A program made the translations under genes and the position numbers. A stretch of 64,000 nt of DNA from an uncultured Spirochaetota bacterium (GTDB lineage Bacteria; Spirochaetota; Spirochaetia; Treponematales; UBA12059): assembly GCA_937873275.1 (NCBI GenBank), contig CALMRC010000114.1:2666-66665 (forward strand). Direction: 5' to 3'. Each line of letters begins with the position of its first letter. Within the stretch, counting starts at the first letter, position 1. This document shows, in pieces, positions 53,257-63,457 of this stretch. A model generated the notes under the pieces. The model ran no database searches and was not told the origin of the DNA. It saw only the letters and a program-made list of their open reading frames with translations.

Positions 53257-54167
53257 ACTATAACCACCTCCGGCTCCAGTTCATACCCGAACCGTTCCCG
53301 GGCGTCCCGGCGGGCCAGGTCGATCAGGGCCCGCATGTCCGCGGCCGTGGCCCCCCCGGGATTCACGAAGATGTTCGCGTGTTTTTCCGAGACCGCCGCG
53401 GTGCCCAGGCGCCGGCCGCGGAATCCCAGCTCGTCCAGGATCTTCCCGGTGGGTCGCCCGAAACGCCGGTCGTTCTTGAAGACGCTCCCGGCGCAGGGAA
53501 AGTCGAAGTGGCCCTTCGCGGCCCGGTCCGCCTCCAGTTCCCGCATCCGGGCCCGGATCGCGGCCCGGTCCCCCGGGACCAGGCGGAACCCGGCTCCCAG
53601 GACGACGGACCCGGAAAGGCGCCCTCCGGGCATGAAGGGGGTGCGTTTATAGGCCCATTCCCCGCGGTCCGGGGATAGGCGGCCGAAGGTCCCCCCGGGA
53701 TCCAGGTAGTCGATCCGCACCACCACGTCCGCGAACTCCCGCTCGTAGCACCGGGCGTTCATGTAGGCGGCCCCTCCCACGGAGCCCGGGAGGCCCGCCG
53801 CGAACTCCAGGCCCGAGAGCCCCGCCTCCGCCGCGGCCTCCACCAGGTCCGTTACGGCCGCGCCGGCATCCGCCCAGAGGCCCTCCTCGGACCGCCGGAT
53901 GCCCGCCAGGCCCTTCAGGGCCACGACGAGGCCCCGGATGCCTCCGTCCCCCACCAGGAGATTGGCCCCGCCCCCCAGGATGAAGACGGGAAGCCCCTCG
54001 GCGCGGGCGGCGGAGAGCAGGGCGGCCAGGGATTCCCGGGACCCCGGCTCGACCAGGGCCTCCGCGGGTCCGCCGATCCGGAAGGTCGTGCGCCCCGACA
54101 GGAGCTCCCCGTAGCTCACCGGGCCGTCGAACTTGATTTTTTCCAGGAATTCCCGTACCGTAGGCAT
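53244..54167 (-). CDS. murB: UDP-N-acetylenolpyruvoylglucosamine reductase
   Basis: 307-aa ORF with TTFRIGGPAEALVEP, FILGGGANLL and GSVFKN, as in MurB. Confidence 0.9.
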   Translation of the reverse strand: MPTVREFLEKIKFDGPVSYGELLSGRTTFRIGGPAEALVEPGSRESLAALLSAARAEGLPVFILGGGANLLVGDGGIRGLVVALKGLAGIRRSEEGLWADAGAAVTDLVEAAAEAGLSGLEFAAGLPGSVGGAAYMNARCYEREFADVVVRIDYLDPGGTFGRLSPDRGEWAYKRTPFMPGGRLSGSVVLGAGFRLVPGDRAAIRARMRELEADRAAKGHFDFPCAGSVFKNDRRFGRPTGKILDELGFRGRRLGTAAVSEKHANIFVNPGGATAADMRALIDLARRDARERFGYELEPEVVIVGEP

Positions 54168-54237
54168 GTCCCGAATTGTACAGGAATTCGTTCCCGGCCC
54201 GCAACGAGGCCGTCCCGGCGCCGCGAGGAGGCTCCCC

Positions 54238-55668
54238 GTGCACCCGATCCGGCTCTACAACACCCTCGGAAGGGAACTCCAGGAGTTCCGGCCCCTGCAA
54301 CCCGGGAAGGTCGGTTTCTACGGCTGCGGACCCACGGTCTACAACTTCGCCCACATCGGAAACCTCCGGATGTACGTCTTCGAGGACACCCTTTCCCGGT
54401 CGCTCCGTTACCTCGGATACGACGTCCGACACGTGATGAACATCACGGACGTGGGGCACCTGACCGGGGACGACGACACCGGGGACGACAAGATGGTGGC
54501 GAGCGCCCGGGAGCGCGGCCAGAGTGTCCTGGAGATCGCCCGGTTCTACACGGACGCCTTCTTCCGGGACACCGAGCGGCTGAACATCCGCCGCCCCGAC
54601 GTGGTCTGCAAGGCCACCGAGCACGTCGGCGACATGATCGATCTCATCCGGCGCATCGAGGCCAACGGCTATACCTATTTCGCCGGGGGCAACCTCTATT
54701 TCGACGTTTCCAAGTTCGACTCCTACGGCCGCCTCGCCCTGCTCAACCTCCAGGACCTCAAGGCCGGAGCCCGGATCGAGGTGGACGCGAACAAGCGGAA
54801 TCCCTACGACTTCGTGCTCTGGTTCACCAAGGGCAAGTTCGAGAACCAGGCCCTGGTCTGGGACAGCCCCTGGGGGACGGGGTACCCGGGCTGGCATATC
54901 GAGTGTTCCGCCATGAGCATGAAGTACCTGGGGGACAGCATCGACATCCATGCCGGCGGAATCGACCACATCCCGATCCACCATACGAACGAGATCGCCC
55001 AGTCCGAGGCCGCCACGGGAAAGCCCTGGGTCCGGTATTGGCTCCACGGGGAGTTCCTGGTGATGGACAAGGGCAAGATGTCCAAGTCCTCCGGAAGCTT
55101 CCTGACCCTCCAGTCCCTGGTGGACGCGGGCTACGAACCCCTGGACTACCGGTACTTCTGCCTGGGGGGGCACTACCGGTCCCAGCTCCAGTTCTCCTTC
55201 GACGCCCTGGACTCCGCCCGGGCTTCCCGCCGCTCCCTGGGGGACCGCCTGCGGACCCTCCGCGCCCAGGCCGATCCGGCTCCCGTCCTTCCCTCCGCGG
55301 GCAAGGCCCGGATATGGCTCGACGCCTTCGCGGACCACATCGCCGAGGACCTGGCCTTGCCCCGGGCCCTGGCGGACCTGTGGGGGCTCCTCCGGGATCC
55401 GGACGTCGCCCCCGCGGACGCCCTGGCCGCCGCCTTCGACATGGACCGGGTCCTGGGACTGGGACTCCGGGAAGCCGCCGAGACGGCGCCGGACGGGAAG
55501 GTCGCCTCCCCGGAGCTGGCCGCGGAGATCGAGGGGCGGATCGCGGAGCGGACCGAGGCCAAGAAGGCCAAGGATTGGGCCCGGGCGGACGCGATCCGGG
55601 ATGAGCTCAAGGCGCGGGGCGTCGTCCTGACGGACGGCCCCGCCGGAACCACGTGGAAGCTCTCGTAA
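54238..55668 (+). CDS. cysS: Cysteine--tRNA ligase
   Basis: GTG at 54238 (VHPIRLYNTLGRELQEF). The HIGH motif is AHIGNLR and the KMSKS motif is GKMSKSSG. The upstream part of ORF 54133 overlaps the murB start region. Confidence 0.9.
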   Translation: MHPIRLYNTLGRELQEFRPLQPGKVGFYGCGPTVYNFAHIGNLRMYVFEDTLSRSLRYLGYDVRHVMNITDVGHLTGDDDTGDDKMVASARERGQSVLEIARFYTDAFFRDTERLNIRRPDVVCKATEHVGDMIDLIRRIEANGYTYFAGGNLYFDVSKFDSYGRLALLNLQDLKAGARIEVDANKRNPYDFVLWFTKGKFENQALVWDSPWGTGYPGWHIECSAMSMKYLGDSIDIHAGGIDHIPIHHTNEIAQSEAATGKPWVRYWLHGEFLVMDKGKMSKSSGSFLTLQSLVDAGYEPLDYRYFCLGGHYRSQLQFSFDALDSARASRRSLGDRLRTLRAQADPAPVLPSAGKARIWLDAFADHIAEDLALPRALADLWGLLRDPDVAPADALAAAFDMDRVLGLGLREAAETAPDGKVASPELAAEIEGRIAERTEAKKAKDWARADAIRDELKARGVVLTDGPAGTTWKLS

Positions 55669-55683
55669 AGGCGTGTAACGATC

Positions 55684-56229
55684 GTGAGCGGGGCTTTGTT
55701 TAACAGGGAGGAAGGCTTCGGCCCGGAGCGGATTCGCGCGCTCTACGACTCCTCGTTCACCCTGCTCTACCGGATCGCCTATCGGATCACCGGTTCGGAG
55801 GAGGCGGCCCAGGACGTGGTGCACGACTCCTTCGAACGGCTGATGGAAAAGAAGATACCCTTCCCAACCCAGGACGACGCCAAGTACTGGCTGATCCGGG
55901 TCGTAAAGAACAATGCCCTGAATTGGGCCAAGCGCAAGGGCCGGGAGGCCCGGGCCTACGAGCGGTACTTCCGGGAGTCCGACGAGGAGTCCTCCTCCGC
56001 CGAGGACGAGACCCTCCGGCGGTTCACCGCGGAGGACGTGAAGGCGAAGCTGGAGAGGCTGCCGGGGAATCTCCGGACGGTCCTGATCCTCAAGGAATAC
56101 GGATTGTTGAACTATAAAGAGATAGGAAGGGTATTGGGTATCAGCGAGGGGAACGTCAAGGTCCGGGTTTTCCGTGCCCGGGAAGCGCTCCTCTCCCTGT
56201 TCCGGGAGGGTAACCGGGATGTGTCCTGA
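55684..56229 (+). CDS. ECF-type RNA polymerase sigma factor
   Basis: GTG start. Region 2 is AQDVVHDSFERLM...YWLIRVVKNNALNW. Region 4 is LILKEYGLLNYKEIGRVLGISEGNVKVRVFRARE. Confidence 0.85.
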   Translation: MSGALFNREEGFGPERIRALYDSSFTLLYRIAYRITGSEEAAQDVVHDSFERLMEKKIPFPTQDDAKYWLIRVVKNNALNWAKRKGREARAYERYFRESDEESSSAEDETLRRFTAEDVKAKLERLPGNLRTVLILKEYGLLNYKEIGRVLGISEGNVKVRVFRAREALLSLFREGNRDVS

Positions 56230-56773
56230 CCGCCAGATTCTTTCCGCCTTCGTGGACGGCGAGGTGCCGTCCCCGTGGAACGAGAAGGTTTCCGATCATC
56301 TGGAGTCCTGCGAATCCTGCGCCCGGATCGTCCGGGGATACCGGTCCGTTTCGGACGGCCTTTCCTCCGCTCCCGGTCCCGACCTCGCCGCCGCCCGGGA
56401 AGCCGGTTGGGCCCGCCTCGCGGAATCCTCCCGGCACCGGCGTTCGGAGCCCCTCTGGAAGGCGAGCTTCGCCGTCCCCCTTCCCCTCGCCGCCGCGGCT
56501 ATGCTGGCCTTCGCGGTCCTGTCCACCCTGGTGGTCACCGCCCGACGGGAGAATGATACCCTCCGGATGGCCATCCTCACCTCCTCGGAACTGTCCCAGC
56601 CCGTCAGCCAGACCGCGTCCATGGAGACGGTCCTCAAGTTCCTGGAATCCCAGGATTCCCGCATCAGCGTGACCGTACAGCTTCCTCCCGGCGCGGGGGT
56701 CGAGTCCTACGGGAAGCCGGTCTTCATGAAGGCGCCGGACCTGGCCCCCATGGTGGGGGAGGGAGGAAAATGA
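56219..56773 (+). CDS. Anti-sigma factor (zf-HC2 type) with a single TM segment
   Basis: ATG at 56219 overlaps the sigma gene by 11 nt. The H-x3-C-x2-C motif is DHLESCESC. The TM segment is VPLPLAAAAMLAFAVLSTLVV. Confidence 0.7.
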   Translation: MCPDRQILSAFVDGEVPSPWNEKVSDHLESCESCARIVRGYRSVSDGLSSAPGPDLAAAREAGWARLAESSRHRRSEPLWKASFAVPLPLAAAAMLAFAVLSTLVVTARRENDTLRMAILTSSELSQPVSQTASMETVLKFLESQDSRISVTVQLPPGAGVESYGKPVFMKAPDLAPMVGEGGK

Positions 56774-57291
56774 GTCCCTCCCGGCCTCGGCCGGTCCGGG
56801 CCGCCTTCCCGGGCATGGCCATGCTGGCCTTCAGCGTCGCCGTGTCCTCCGCGGCCGCCCAGTCGGCTCCCGAGATCCCGGAAGCCCTCCGGGACAAGGC
56901 CCTGACCGTGACGGTCCAAACCCAGGTTCCCGAGAGCCCGTCGGCTCCCGCCTGGGAAGCCAAGGAAGTGAAGTACACCCTTCCGGGATCCGCGGTCTCC
57001 GTGAAGCTGGTCGGGGAATCCCTGGTCGTGCTGATCCACGTGACACCGTACCAGGGACCCGAAGGCCTCATGCTGGTGACCCAGGCCCAGGTCTGGATCA
57101 AGAACAAGGATTCCCTCCAGTACCATACGGCCCTCAACACCCTGAAGGTGGCCTTCGGGGAGCCCGTGGCCTTCTATCCCCTCGGGGAGGGGAAGGGGAA
57201 GGCGCCCCTGAGGGTGGTCATCGTCGTCCAGCCGTACATTCAGGCCGCACCCCCCGCGGCGCCGGTTTCCGACCCTCCCAAGGCTCCATGA
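56770..57291 (+). CDS. Hypothetical secreted protein, co-transcribed with the ECF pair
   Basis: ATGA overlap with the anti-sigma stop and a GGGAGG RBS. Signal-like segment is [21 protein letters not shown]. No family recognised. Confidence 0.55.
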   Translation: MSPSRPRPVRAAFPGMAMLAFSVAVSSAAAQSAPEIPEALRDKALTVTVQTQVPESPSAPAWEAKEVKYTLPGSAVSVKLVGESLVVLIHVTPYQGPEGLMLVTQAQVWIKNKDSLQYHTALNTLKVAFGEPVAFYPLGEGKGKAPLRVVIVVQPYIQAAPPAAPVSDPPKAP

Positions 57292-58973
57292 GCAAGCCGT
57301 CCCCCTCCGCCCCCGGACTCACCCGGGGCGCCCGCCTGGCGGCCCTGGCGTTGGTCGTGCTCGCGGTCTCGGGGGCCGGGACCGGTCTCCATCTCTGGCT
57401 CCGGGAACGGGCGCGCCCCGTCATCTCCGCCCTGGACCCCTCCATCGGGGAGCCCGGAGGGATCGTGCGGGTGGTCGGCCGGAATTTCGGGGCCGAACGG
57501 GGGGAGAGCCGGGTCGAGATCGCGGGAGTGTCCCCCACGTCCTCCTCCTACCTGTCCTGGAACGATTCCCTGGTGGAACTCCGGGTCCCGGTCACGGTCA
57601 GCTCGGGGCTCGTCTACGTGCAGACCAAGAGCGGCCGGAGCCGCCCCCGGCTGTTCATGAACCGGGAGCGACTGCCCCTCCGGCCCCAGGGGGTTCTGGC
57701 GTCCAAGTCCGGACCCGCCATCGAGGGACTTTCCGCCGCGCGGGGCGTCGTCGGTTCCCTGCTCTCCATATCGGGGCTCAACTTCGGAGCCAACCGGGGG
57801 GCGGGCCGGGTCGAGTTCGCCTGGGTGGGGGACTCCGGCTTCACCAACCCGGGCCCGGAGGAGTCCTCGGCCTTCGTCCCCGCGGAAGAGCTTTCCCTGG
57901 CCTACGAGTCCTGGACGGACAAGGAGATCCGGGTCCGGGTGCCCGACGGGGCGGCCACGGGCGGGGTCCGGGTGGTGACGGAAAAGGGAGCCAGCGACGC
58001 CGTGTTCTTCCGGGTGGACGGCGGACCCGGGACGAAGTTCCTGCACGACCGAAAGACCTACGCCGTCTCCTATTTCGTCAGCCTGACCAAGGTCAAGGCG
58101 TCCGGGGAGAACGAGCTGTATCTCTGGATTCCCCGACCCGCGGAATCCGCCGGCCAACGGGGTGTCCGGGTGCTTTCCCAGTCCCATGTCCCCATGGTCC
58201 CCGAGTACCGGGGGGTGGCCATCTACCGCCTCCGGGACCTCCGGACGGACGCGCCCGTCACGGTATCCCAAAGCTACATAGCCCAGGTCTACGCGGTCAG
58301 CACGGATATCCGGTCCGATTCGGTCCGGCAGCCCCCGGATCCCGCCCCGGCCCTCTACGCCCGGTTCACCGCGCCGGACGGCCGCGTTCCCTCCGGGGAT
58401 CCCACCCTGGTCGGGGCGGCCAAGAAAGCGGTCGGACGCGAGAGAAATCCCCACAAGATCGCGGAATCGTTGTATTCTATGCTCCTCAAGGAAGTGAAGT
58501 ACACGGCGGACCATGTCCACGAATCCCCCCTGGAGGCGTGGAAGGACAAGACCGCGGACGCCTACTCCATGGCCGTCCTGTACTGCGCCCTGCTTCGGGC
58601 CTCCGGGGTTCCCGCCCTTCCCGTGTCCGGATTCCTCATCGGGACCGACCGGAAGGCGGTACGGCATTTCTGGACCGAGTACTACCTGTACGGCCTGGGG
58701 TGGGTCCCCGTGGACCCGGTCCTGGGATCGGGCGCGGAGATCCCGGGGTTCGAGGCTCCCCTGGAGGACCGGACCAAGTACTTCGGGAACCTGGACAATC
58801 GGCGGCTCGCGATTTCCCGGGGGGTGGTCGAACTGGCCCCCATGACCCCCGGCGGCCGAACCGCGGTCAAGGAGAGGCAGTTCGCCCTCCAGGACCTATA
58901 CGAGGAGGCGTCCGGGAAACTGGAAGCCTACAGTTCCTTCTGGAGCGATTTGGAAGTCACGGGGGTGTACTGA
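57288..58973 (+). CDS. Membrane-anchored protein with two IPT/TIG-like repeats and a transglutaminase-like Cys-His-Asp core
   Basis: ATGA overlap with the upstream gene. The TIG-like units are [23 protein letters not shown] and [23 protein letters not shown]. The transglutaminase core is [17 protein letters not shown]...HFWTEYY...WVPVDP. Confidence 0.7.
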   Translation: MSKPSPSAPGLTRGARLAALALVVLAVSGAGTGLHLWLRERARPVISALDPSIGEPGGIVRVVGRNFGAERGESRVEIAGVSPTSSSYLSWNDSLVELRVPVTVSSGLVYVQTKSGRSRPRLFMNRERLPLRPQGVLASKSGPAIEGLSAARGVVGSLLSISGLNFGANRGAGRVEFAWVGDSGFTNPGPEESSAFVPAEELSLAYESWTDKEIRVRVPDGAATGGVRVVTEKGASDAVFFRVDGGPGTKFLHDRKTYAVSYFVSLTKVKASGENELYLWIPRPAESAGQRGVRVLSQSHVPMVPEYRGVAIYRLRDLRTDAPVTVSQSYIAQVYAVSTDIRSDSVRQPPDPAPALYARFTAPDGRVPSGDPTLVGAAKKAVGRERNPHKIAESLYSMLLKEVKYTADHVHESPLEAWKDKTADAYSMAVLYCALLRASGVPALPVSGFLIGTDRKAVRHFWTEYYLYGLGWVPVDPVLGSGAEIPGFEAPLEDRTKYFGNLDNRRLAISRGVVELAPMTPGGRTAVKERQFALQDLYEEASGKLEAYSSFWSDLEVTGVY

Positions 58974-59020
58974 TCCCGGCTCGCGTCGGGACGGGACATT
59001 CCCGAAAAAAAGGAGCGACC

Positions 59021-60313
59021 ATGTCCCATATCGAATCGTACGATCCCGAACTCTGGAACGCCATGAGCCTGGAGCGCAAGCGCCAGAGGGAAAAGCTCGA
59101 GCTCATCGCAAGCGAGAACTACACGAGCCCCGCGGTGATGGAAGCCGTGGGGTCGGTGCTCACCAACAAGTACGCCGAGGGCTATCCCGGCAAGCGGTAT
59201 TACGGCGGCTGCGAATTCGTGGACATGGCGGAGGACCTCGCCCGGGACCGGGCCAAGGCCCTGTTCGGGGCGGACCACGCCAACGTCCAGCCCCATTCCG
59301 GAAGCCAGGCCAACATGGGAGTGCTCTATGCGGCCCTCAACCACGGGGACGTCATCCTGGGCATGGACCTGGCCCACGGCGGGCACCTTACCCACGGGGC
59401 CCCGGTCTCCTTCTCCGGCCGGCAGTACAAGGTCGTCCGGTACGGGGTGAACCCGGACACCGAGACCATCGACTACGACGAGCTGGCCCGGATCGCCCGG
59501 GAGTCCAAGCCCAAGCTCATCATCGCCGGCGCCTCCGCGTACTCCCGGGTCCTGGATTTCCAGAAATTCCGGGCCGTCGCGGACGAGGTCGGAGCCTTCC
59601 TGATGGTGGACATGGCCCATATCGCCGGTCTCGTGGCCGCGGGCTACCATCCGTCCCCGGTCGCCCTGGCGGACTTCACCACCACGACCACCCACAAGAC
59701 CCTCCGGGGCCCCCGGGGCGGGATGATCCTGATCGGGAAGGACCGGGAGAACACCATCGGCGCCGTGGCCCCCAAGAGCGGCCGGGCCAAGCAGTGGTCC
59801 GAGGTCCTGGACGGCATGGTCATGCCGGGCATCCAGGGCGGCCCCCTCATGCACGTGATCGCCGGGAAGGCCGTCGCCCTGAAGGAGGCCCTGGAGCCTT
59901 CCTTCAAGGAGTACATCCGGCAGGTCGTGGCCAACGCCAAGGTCCTGGCCGCCTCCCTGGCGGAGGGCGGGGCCCGGATCGTCTCCGGCGGCACGGACAA
60001 CCATCTCATGCTGGTGGACCTCACCCCCCTGGGCATCACGGGCAAGGAGGCCGAGACCTGGCTGGACGCCGCGAACATCACGGTGAACAAGAACGGGATT
60101 CCCTTCGACCAGAAGAACCCCTTCATCACCTCGGGCATCCGGGTGGGCAGTCCCGCCGTGACTACCCGGGGCATGAAGGAGCCCGAGATGCGCCAGATCG
60201 CCGGGTTCATCGTGGAGGTCCTCAAGTCCAAGGGAGACGAGAAGGTCCTCAAAGCCGTCGCGGAGAAGGTCCTGGGCCTGACCAAGCGCTTCCCGGTCCC
60301 CGCGGAGGCCTGA
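59021..60313 (+). CDS. glyA: Serine hydroxymethyltransferase
   Basis: ATG at 59021 follows [31 protein letters not shown] and the PLP-lysine motif [14 protein letters not shown]. Confidence 0.95.
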   Translation: MSHIESYDPELWNAMSLERKRQREKLELIASENYTSPAVMEAVGSVLTNKYAEGYPGKRYYGGCEFVDMAEDLARDRAKALFGADHANVQPHSGSQANMGVLYAALNHGDVILGMDLAHGGHLTHGAPVSFSGRQYKVVRYGVNPDTETIDYDELARIARESKPKLIIAGASAYSRVLDFQKFRAVADEVGAFLMVDMAHIAGLVAAGYHPSPVALADFTTTTTHKTLRGPRGGMILIGKDRENTIGAVAPKSGRAKQWSEVLDGMVMPGIQGGPLMHVIAGKAVALKEALEPSFKEYIRQVVANAKVLAASLAEGGARIVSGGTDNHLMLVDLTPLGITGKEAETWLDAANITVNKNGIPFDQKNPFITSGIRVGSPAVTTRGMKEPEMRQIAGFIVEVLKSKGDEKVLKAVAEKVLGLTKRFPVPAEA

Positions 60314-60349
60314 TCCGGAAGCGGGGAACGGACAGGTCTATTGACCTTA

Positions 60350-60553
60350 CCACGGAGTACACGGAGGGCACGGAGAAAGCGATCCCGGAACCATAGATCC
60401 AACAGGATGTACAGGATGGATCAAGATTTACAAGATGAAAACGGATGAATCGATCCATCTTTGATTTAATTATCTTGTTCATCTTTTTATTGATCTTGTC
60501 CATCTTGTTGGTACGATGGTTCCGTAGTTTTCTCCTCTCCGTGATCTCCGTGG
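60350..60553. repeat. 204-nt imperfect palindromic element, copy G (CACGGAG plus ACAGGAT/ACAAGAT repeats)
   Basis: The arms start with CCACGGAG and end with CTCCGTGG, and the apex is ATCGAT at 60449-60454. Blocks conserved between the arms are CCACGGAG..CACGGAG, GAGAAA, CGGAACCAT and CCAACARGATG. There are two 7-nt indels between the arms. Confidence 0.8.
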
Positions 60554-60652
60554 TTGATTCCTGCAGGGCGTTTCGGCGGGCGGGCGCGATTGACAGGTCC
60601 GATGGGGGTATCTATACTTGATCCGAGACAGCTCGGTCATACGGAAGGCGGG

Positions 60653-61885
60653 ATGGAAAGTCCTCTCCAGCTGACATTCGTAAGCTTTAAAAAAGACTCA
60701 TATATCGTGGTGGAAGGCAAACAGAACGCCGACCGCTTCTACATCATACGGCAGGGCAAGGTCCGGGTTTCCAAGGACGTGGAGGTGGTGGAGGAGGAGG
60801 GGGGCAACATCTTCGGCCCCGGCGACTTCTTCGGCGTCGTGTCCACCATGTCCAACCACAGCCACATCGAGACCGCCCAGGCGGTGACCGACTGCGTCCT
60901 CATCTCCGTGGCCCGGGAGCAGTACGGCACCCTTATCGAGAAGAACACCCCGGTCGCCATGAAGATCATCATGGCCTTCTCCAAGCGCATGCGCTACCTG
61001 GACGAGGCCCTGACCCGCCTGACCCTCAAGAACACCGCGGAGGCGGATCCCTCCCACCTGTTCCGGGTGGCGGAGTACTACGCCAAGCAGAGCCAGTACA
61101 ACCAGGCCTTCTACGCCTACCACCAGTACCTGAAGTTCTGTCCCAACGGACCCCACGTGGCGGTGGCCCGGGAACGGATGGCCAAGATCACTCCGTACTC
61201 CAAGGCGGTCTACCTGGACGGGTCCGCCGAGGAGTTCAACCGCTTCTACCCCAAGGACACGATGATCTTTTCCGAGGGCATGACGGGCTCGGAGCTCTAC
61301 ATCATCCAGAAGGGCTCCGTGAAGATCACCAAGATCGTGGACAACAACGAGGTTCTCCTGGCGGTGCTCAAGACCGGGGACATCTTCGGGGAGATGGCCA
61401 TCCTGGAGAACAAGCCCCGGAGCGCCAGCGCCATCGCCTTCGAGGACGCCTACCTCCTGGCGGTGAACAAGGCGAACTTCGAACGCATGGTCCAGACCCA
61501 GCCCCAGATCGTCACCCGCCTGACCACCCTCCTGGCCGAGCGGATCTGGTTCATCTACAAGCAGCTGGCCAACACCCTGATCGCGGATCCCCTGGGGCGG
61601 ATGTACGACGCCCTCCTCATCCAGCTGGAGAAGAACCGGGTGCCCCTGAAACCCGGGGCCTCCTACACCTTCGATTTCGGTCCCAAGGAGCTGATCAACA
61701 TGGTGGGCCTGCCCCTCGGGGAAGGCAACATGGTCATGCACAAGCTCCTGGAGAACAACAAGGTGCGGGTGGCGGACAACAAGATCCTGCTCTCCGACGT
61801 GACCGAGGTGGAGAAGCAGACCGAGTACTACCGGAAGATGCAGAAGATCGAGAAAGCCCGGAAGGCCGCCCAGGCCCTCCGGTGA
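60653..61885 (+). CDS. Protein with two cyclic-nucleotide-binding (cNMP) domains
   Basis: ATG at 60653 follows GGAAGG. The two domains are centred on FGPGDFFGVVS...ETAQA and DIFGEMAILENKPRSASAIA. Confidence 0.75.
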   Translation: MESPLQLTFVSFKKDSYIVVEGKQNADRFYIIRQGKVRVSKDVEVVEEEGGNIFGPGDFFGVVSTMSNHSHIETAQAVTDCVLISVAREQYGTLIEKNTPVAMKIIMAFSKRMRYLDEALTRLTLKNTAEADPSHLFRVAEYYAKQSQYNQAFYAYHQYLKFCPNGPHVAVARERMAKITPYSKAVYLDGSAEEFNRFYPKDTMIFSEGMTGSELYIIQKGSVKITKIVDNNEVLLAVLKTGDIFGEMAILENKPRSASAIAFEDAYLLAVNKANFERMVQTQPQIVTRLTTLLAERIWFIYKQLANTLIADPLGRMYDALLIQLEKNRVPLKPGASYTFDFGPKELINMVGLPLGEGNMVMHKLLENNKVRVADNKILLSDVTEVEKQTEYYRKMQKIEKARKAAQALR

Positions 61886-61904
61886 CCCGGCTTTCCTCCC
61901 GGCC

Positions 61905-62888
61905 TTGACCCTCCGCGGCGGTCCCGACGACCTCCTCACCCGCCTCCTGGCCGACGCCTTGAGGTCGAGAGGCGTCCCCGCCTTCGGGTTCCTGGGCCGT
62001 GCCCTCCTGTCCCGGGTCGCCCGGGACGTGCCCCCTTCGATCGCGGCCTCCTACGGCCTGGACGCGGCCCGGGGCGCCCTGGTCGCGGCCCTCCACTACG
62101 ACACCACCGGCTCTCCCGCGGGGGCGATGGACGCGGACCGCTTCCGGGACCGGGAGGGTCGCCCGCTGGCGTCCCTGGGCTGGTTCGCCCGGGCCCACTG
62201 GTACCGGGAACTGGCGGACATCCTGGCCGCGGCTTCCCGGAGCCCCGGCCTCGCGGCCGCCGGACCCCGGAAGGCCTTCCGGATCGGGGTGAACTCCCGT
62301 CTGCCGGAAAAGGCCCTGGCCGTCGCAGCGGGGCTGGGTCCCGTCGGCCGGAACACCCTGGTCCTGGAACGGACCGGAGGCCCCGGCTGCGTCCTGGGGG
62401 TCCTCCTCCTGCCCTTCGAGCCCGTCCCGTCCGGGGAACTCGCCGGCCGGGACCCCGGGTCCCCGGTCTCCGGGAGTCCGGGCGCCGAGTGCGGGACCTG
62501 CCGCGAGTGCGTCCGGGCCTGCCCGACCGGGGCCGTGCGCGGGGACGGCGGCATCGACCGGCTCCGGTGCATCCAGTACTGGGCCGGGGCGGAGGGGCCG
62601 GTGCCTCCCGGGATCGAGGAAGCCTGGAGGGGGAACCTGTACGGCTGCGACCTCTGCCTGGCGGCCTGCCCCCGGTTCCGCCCCGGGGTCGAGCGCGGGG
62701 CCTCCGCGGGAGTCCTGGGACCGGGCCTGGACCCCGACGCCCTGCTCCGGGCCGGGGACGGGGAGATCCGGGCGCGGTTCCGGGGCACGGCCCTGGGCCT
62801 TTCCTGGCTGAGCCCCGGGCGGATCCGCCGCAACGCCCGGCTGGCACGGGATTCCCGGATCCGGAAATCGGGAATCGATGTCGTTTGA
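61905..62888 (+). CDS. queG: Epoxyqueuosine reductase
   Basis: TTG start. The two 4Fe-4S motifs are CGTCRECVRACPTGA and CDLCLAACP. The N-terminus is QueG-like. Confidence 0.75.
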   Translation: MTLRGGPDDLLTRLLADALRSRGVPAFGFLGRALLSRVARDVPPSIAASYGLDAARGALVAALHYDTTGSPAGAMDADRFRDREGRPLASLGWFARAHWYRELADILAAASRSPGLAAAGPRKAFRIGVNSRLPEKALAVAAGLGPVGRNTLVLERTGGPGCVLGVLLLPFEPVPSGELAGRDPGSPVSGSPGAECGTCRECVRACPTGAVRGDGGIDRLRCIQYWAGAEGPVPPGIEEAWRGNLYGCDLCLAACPRFRPGVERGASAGVLGPGLDPDALLRAGDGEIRARFRGTALGLSWLSPGRIRRNARLARDSRIRKSGIDVV

Positions 62889-62936
62889 CTCCGCCCGGTC
62901 CCGCGGATACACTCTAGGACAGGAGGCGGAACCGTC

Positions 62937-63428
62937 ATGGAAGGAACCACAGCCAACCAGTACCTGACCTTCACCCTGGAAGGCGAGCAGTATGCCATCG
63001 GCGTCGCCAAGGTCCGGGAAGTCCTGGAGCACACCAAAATCACCAAATTGCCCAAGACCGCGGAGTACATGAAGGGCATCATCAACCTTCGCGGTATGGG
63101 AGTTCCCGTCATAGATCTCCGGCTCAAGTTCGGCATGCCGGAAACCCCGGTCACCAAGGATACCAGCATCATCGTGATGGAGGTGGACGGTCTGGAAGGT
63201 TCCGTGGTCGTGGGCGCCCTGGCGGACGCCGTCCACGAGGTCGTGGAGATCGACGCCGGAAGCGTCGAGCCCGCGCCCAAGTTCGGGACCCGGCTGGCCG
63301 CGGAGTTCATCCGGGGGGTCGGGAAGAGGGAGGAGGGCTTCGTCATCCTCCTGGATATCGACCGGATCTTCAACTCCGAGGAGATGACCGTCCTGCGGGC
63401 CGCCGAGACCGCGGAAGCCGGCGTCTAG
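62937..63428 (+). CDS. cheW: Chemotaxis coupling protein CheW
   Basis: QYLTFTLEGEQYAIGVAKVREVL, GIINLRGMGVPVIDLR and ILLDIDRIF. Confidence 0.9.
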   Translation: MEGTTANQYLTFTLEGEQYAIGVAKVREVLEHTKITKLPKTAEYMKGIINLRGMGVPVIDLRLKFGMPETPVTKDTSIIVMEVDGLEGSVVVGALADAVHEVVEIDAGSVEPAPKFGTRLAAEFIRGVGKREEGFVILLDIDRIFNSEEMTVLRAAETAEAGV

Positions 63429-63457
63429 GATCCCCGGAACCGTCCGGACGGGAAGCG

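Noticed and set aside
55645-55674. ECF-type autoregulatory promoter (GGAAC ... CGT) upstream of the sigma gene
   Set aside because: GGAAC at 55645-55649 is followed by CGT motifs at spacings of about 14 or 22 nt, not the usual 16-17. It also lies inside the cysS coding end. The case is too weak to call.
60554-60652. TTG-initiated N-terminal extension of the cNMP-binding protein (track ORF 60554..61885)
   Set aside because: The extension starts right at the edge of palindromic element G, is Arg/Gly-rich and has no RBS. The ATG at 60653 follows GGAAGG and begins the first cNMP domain.
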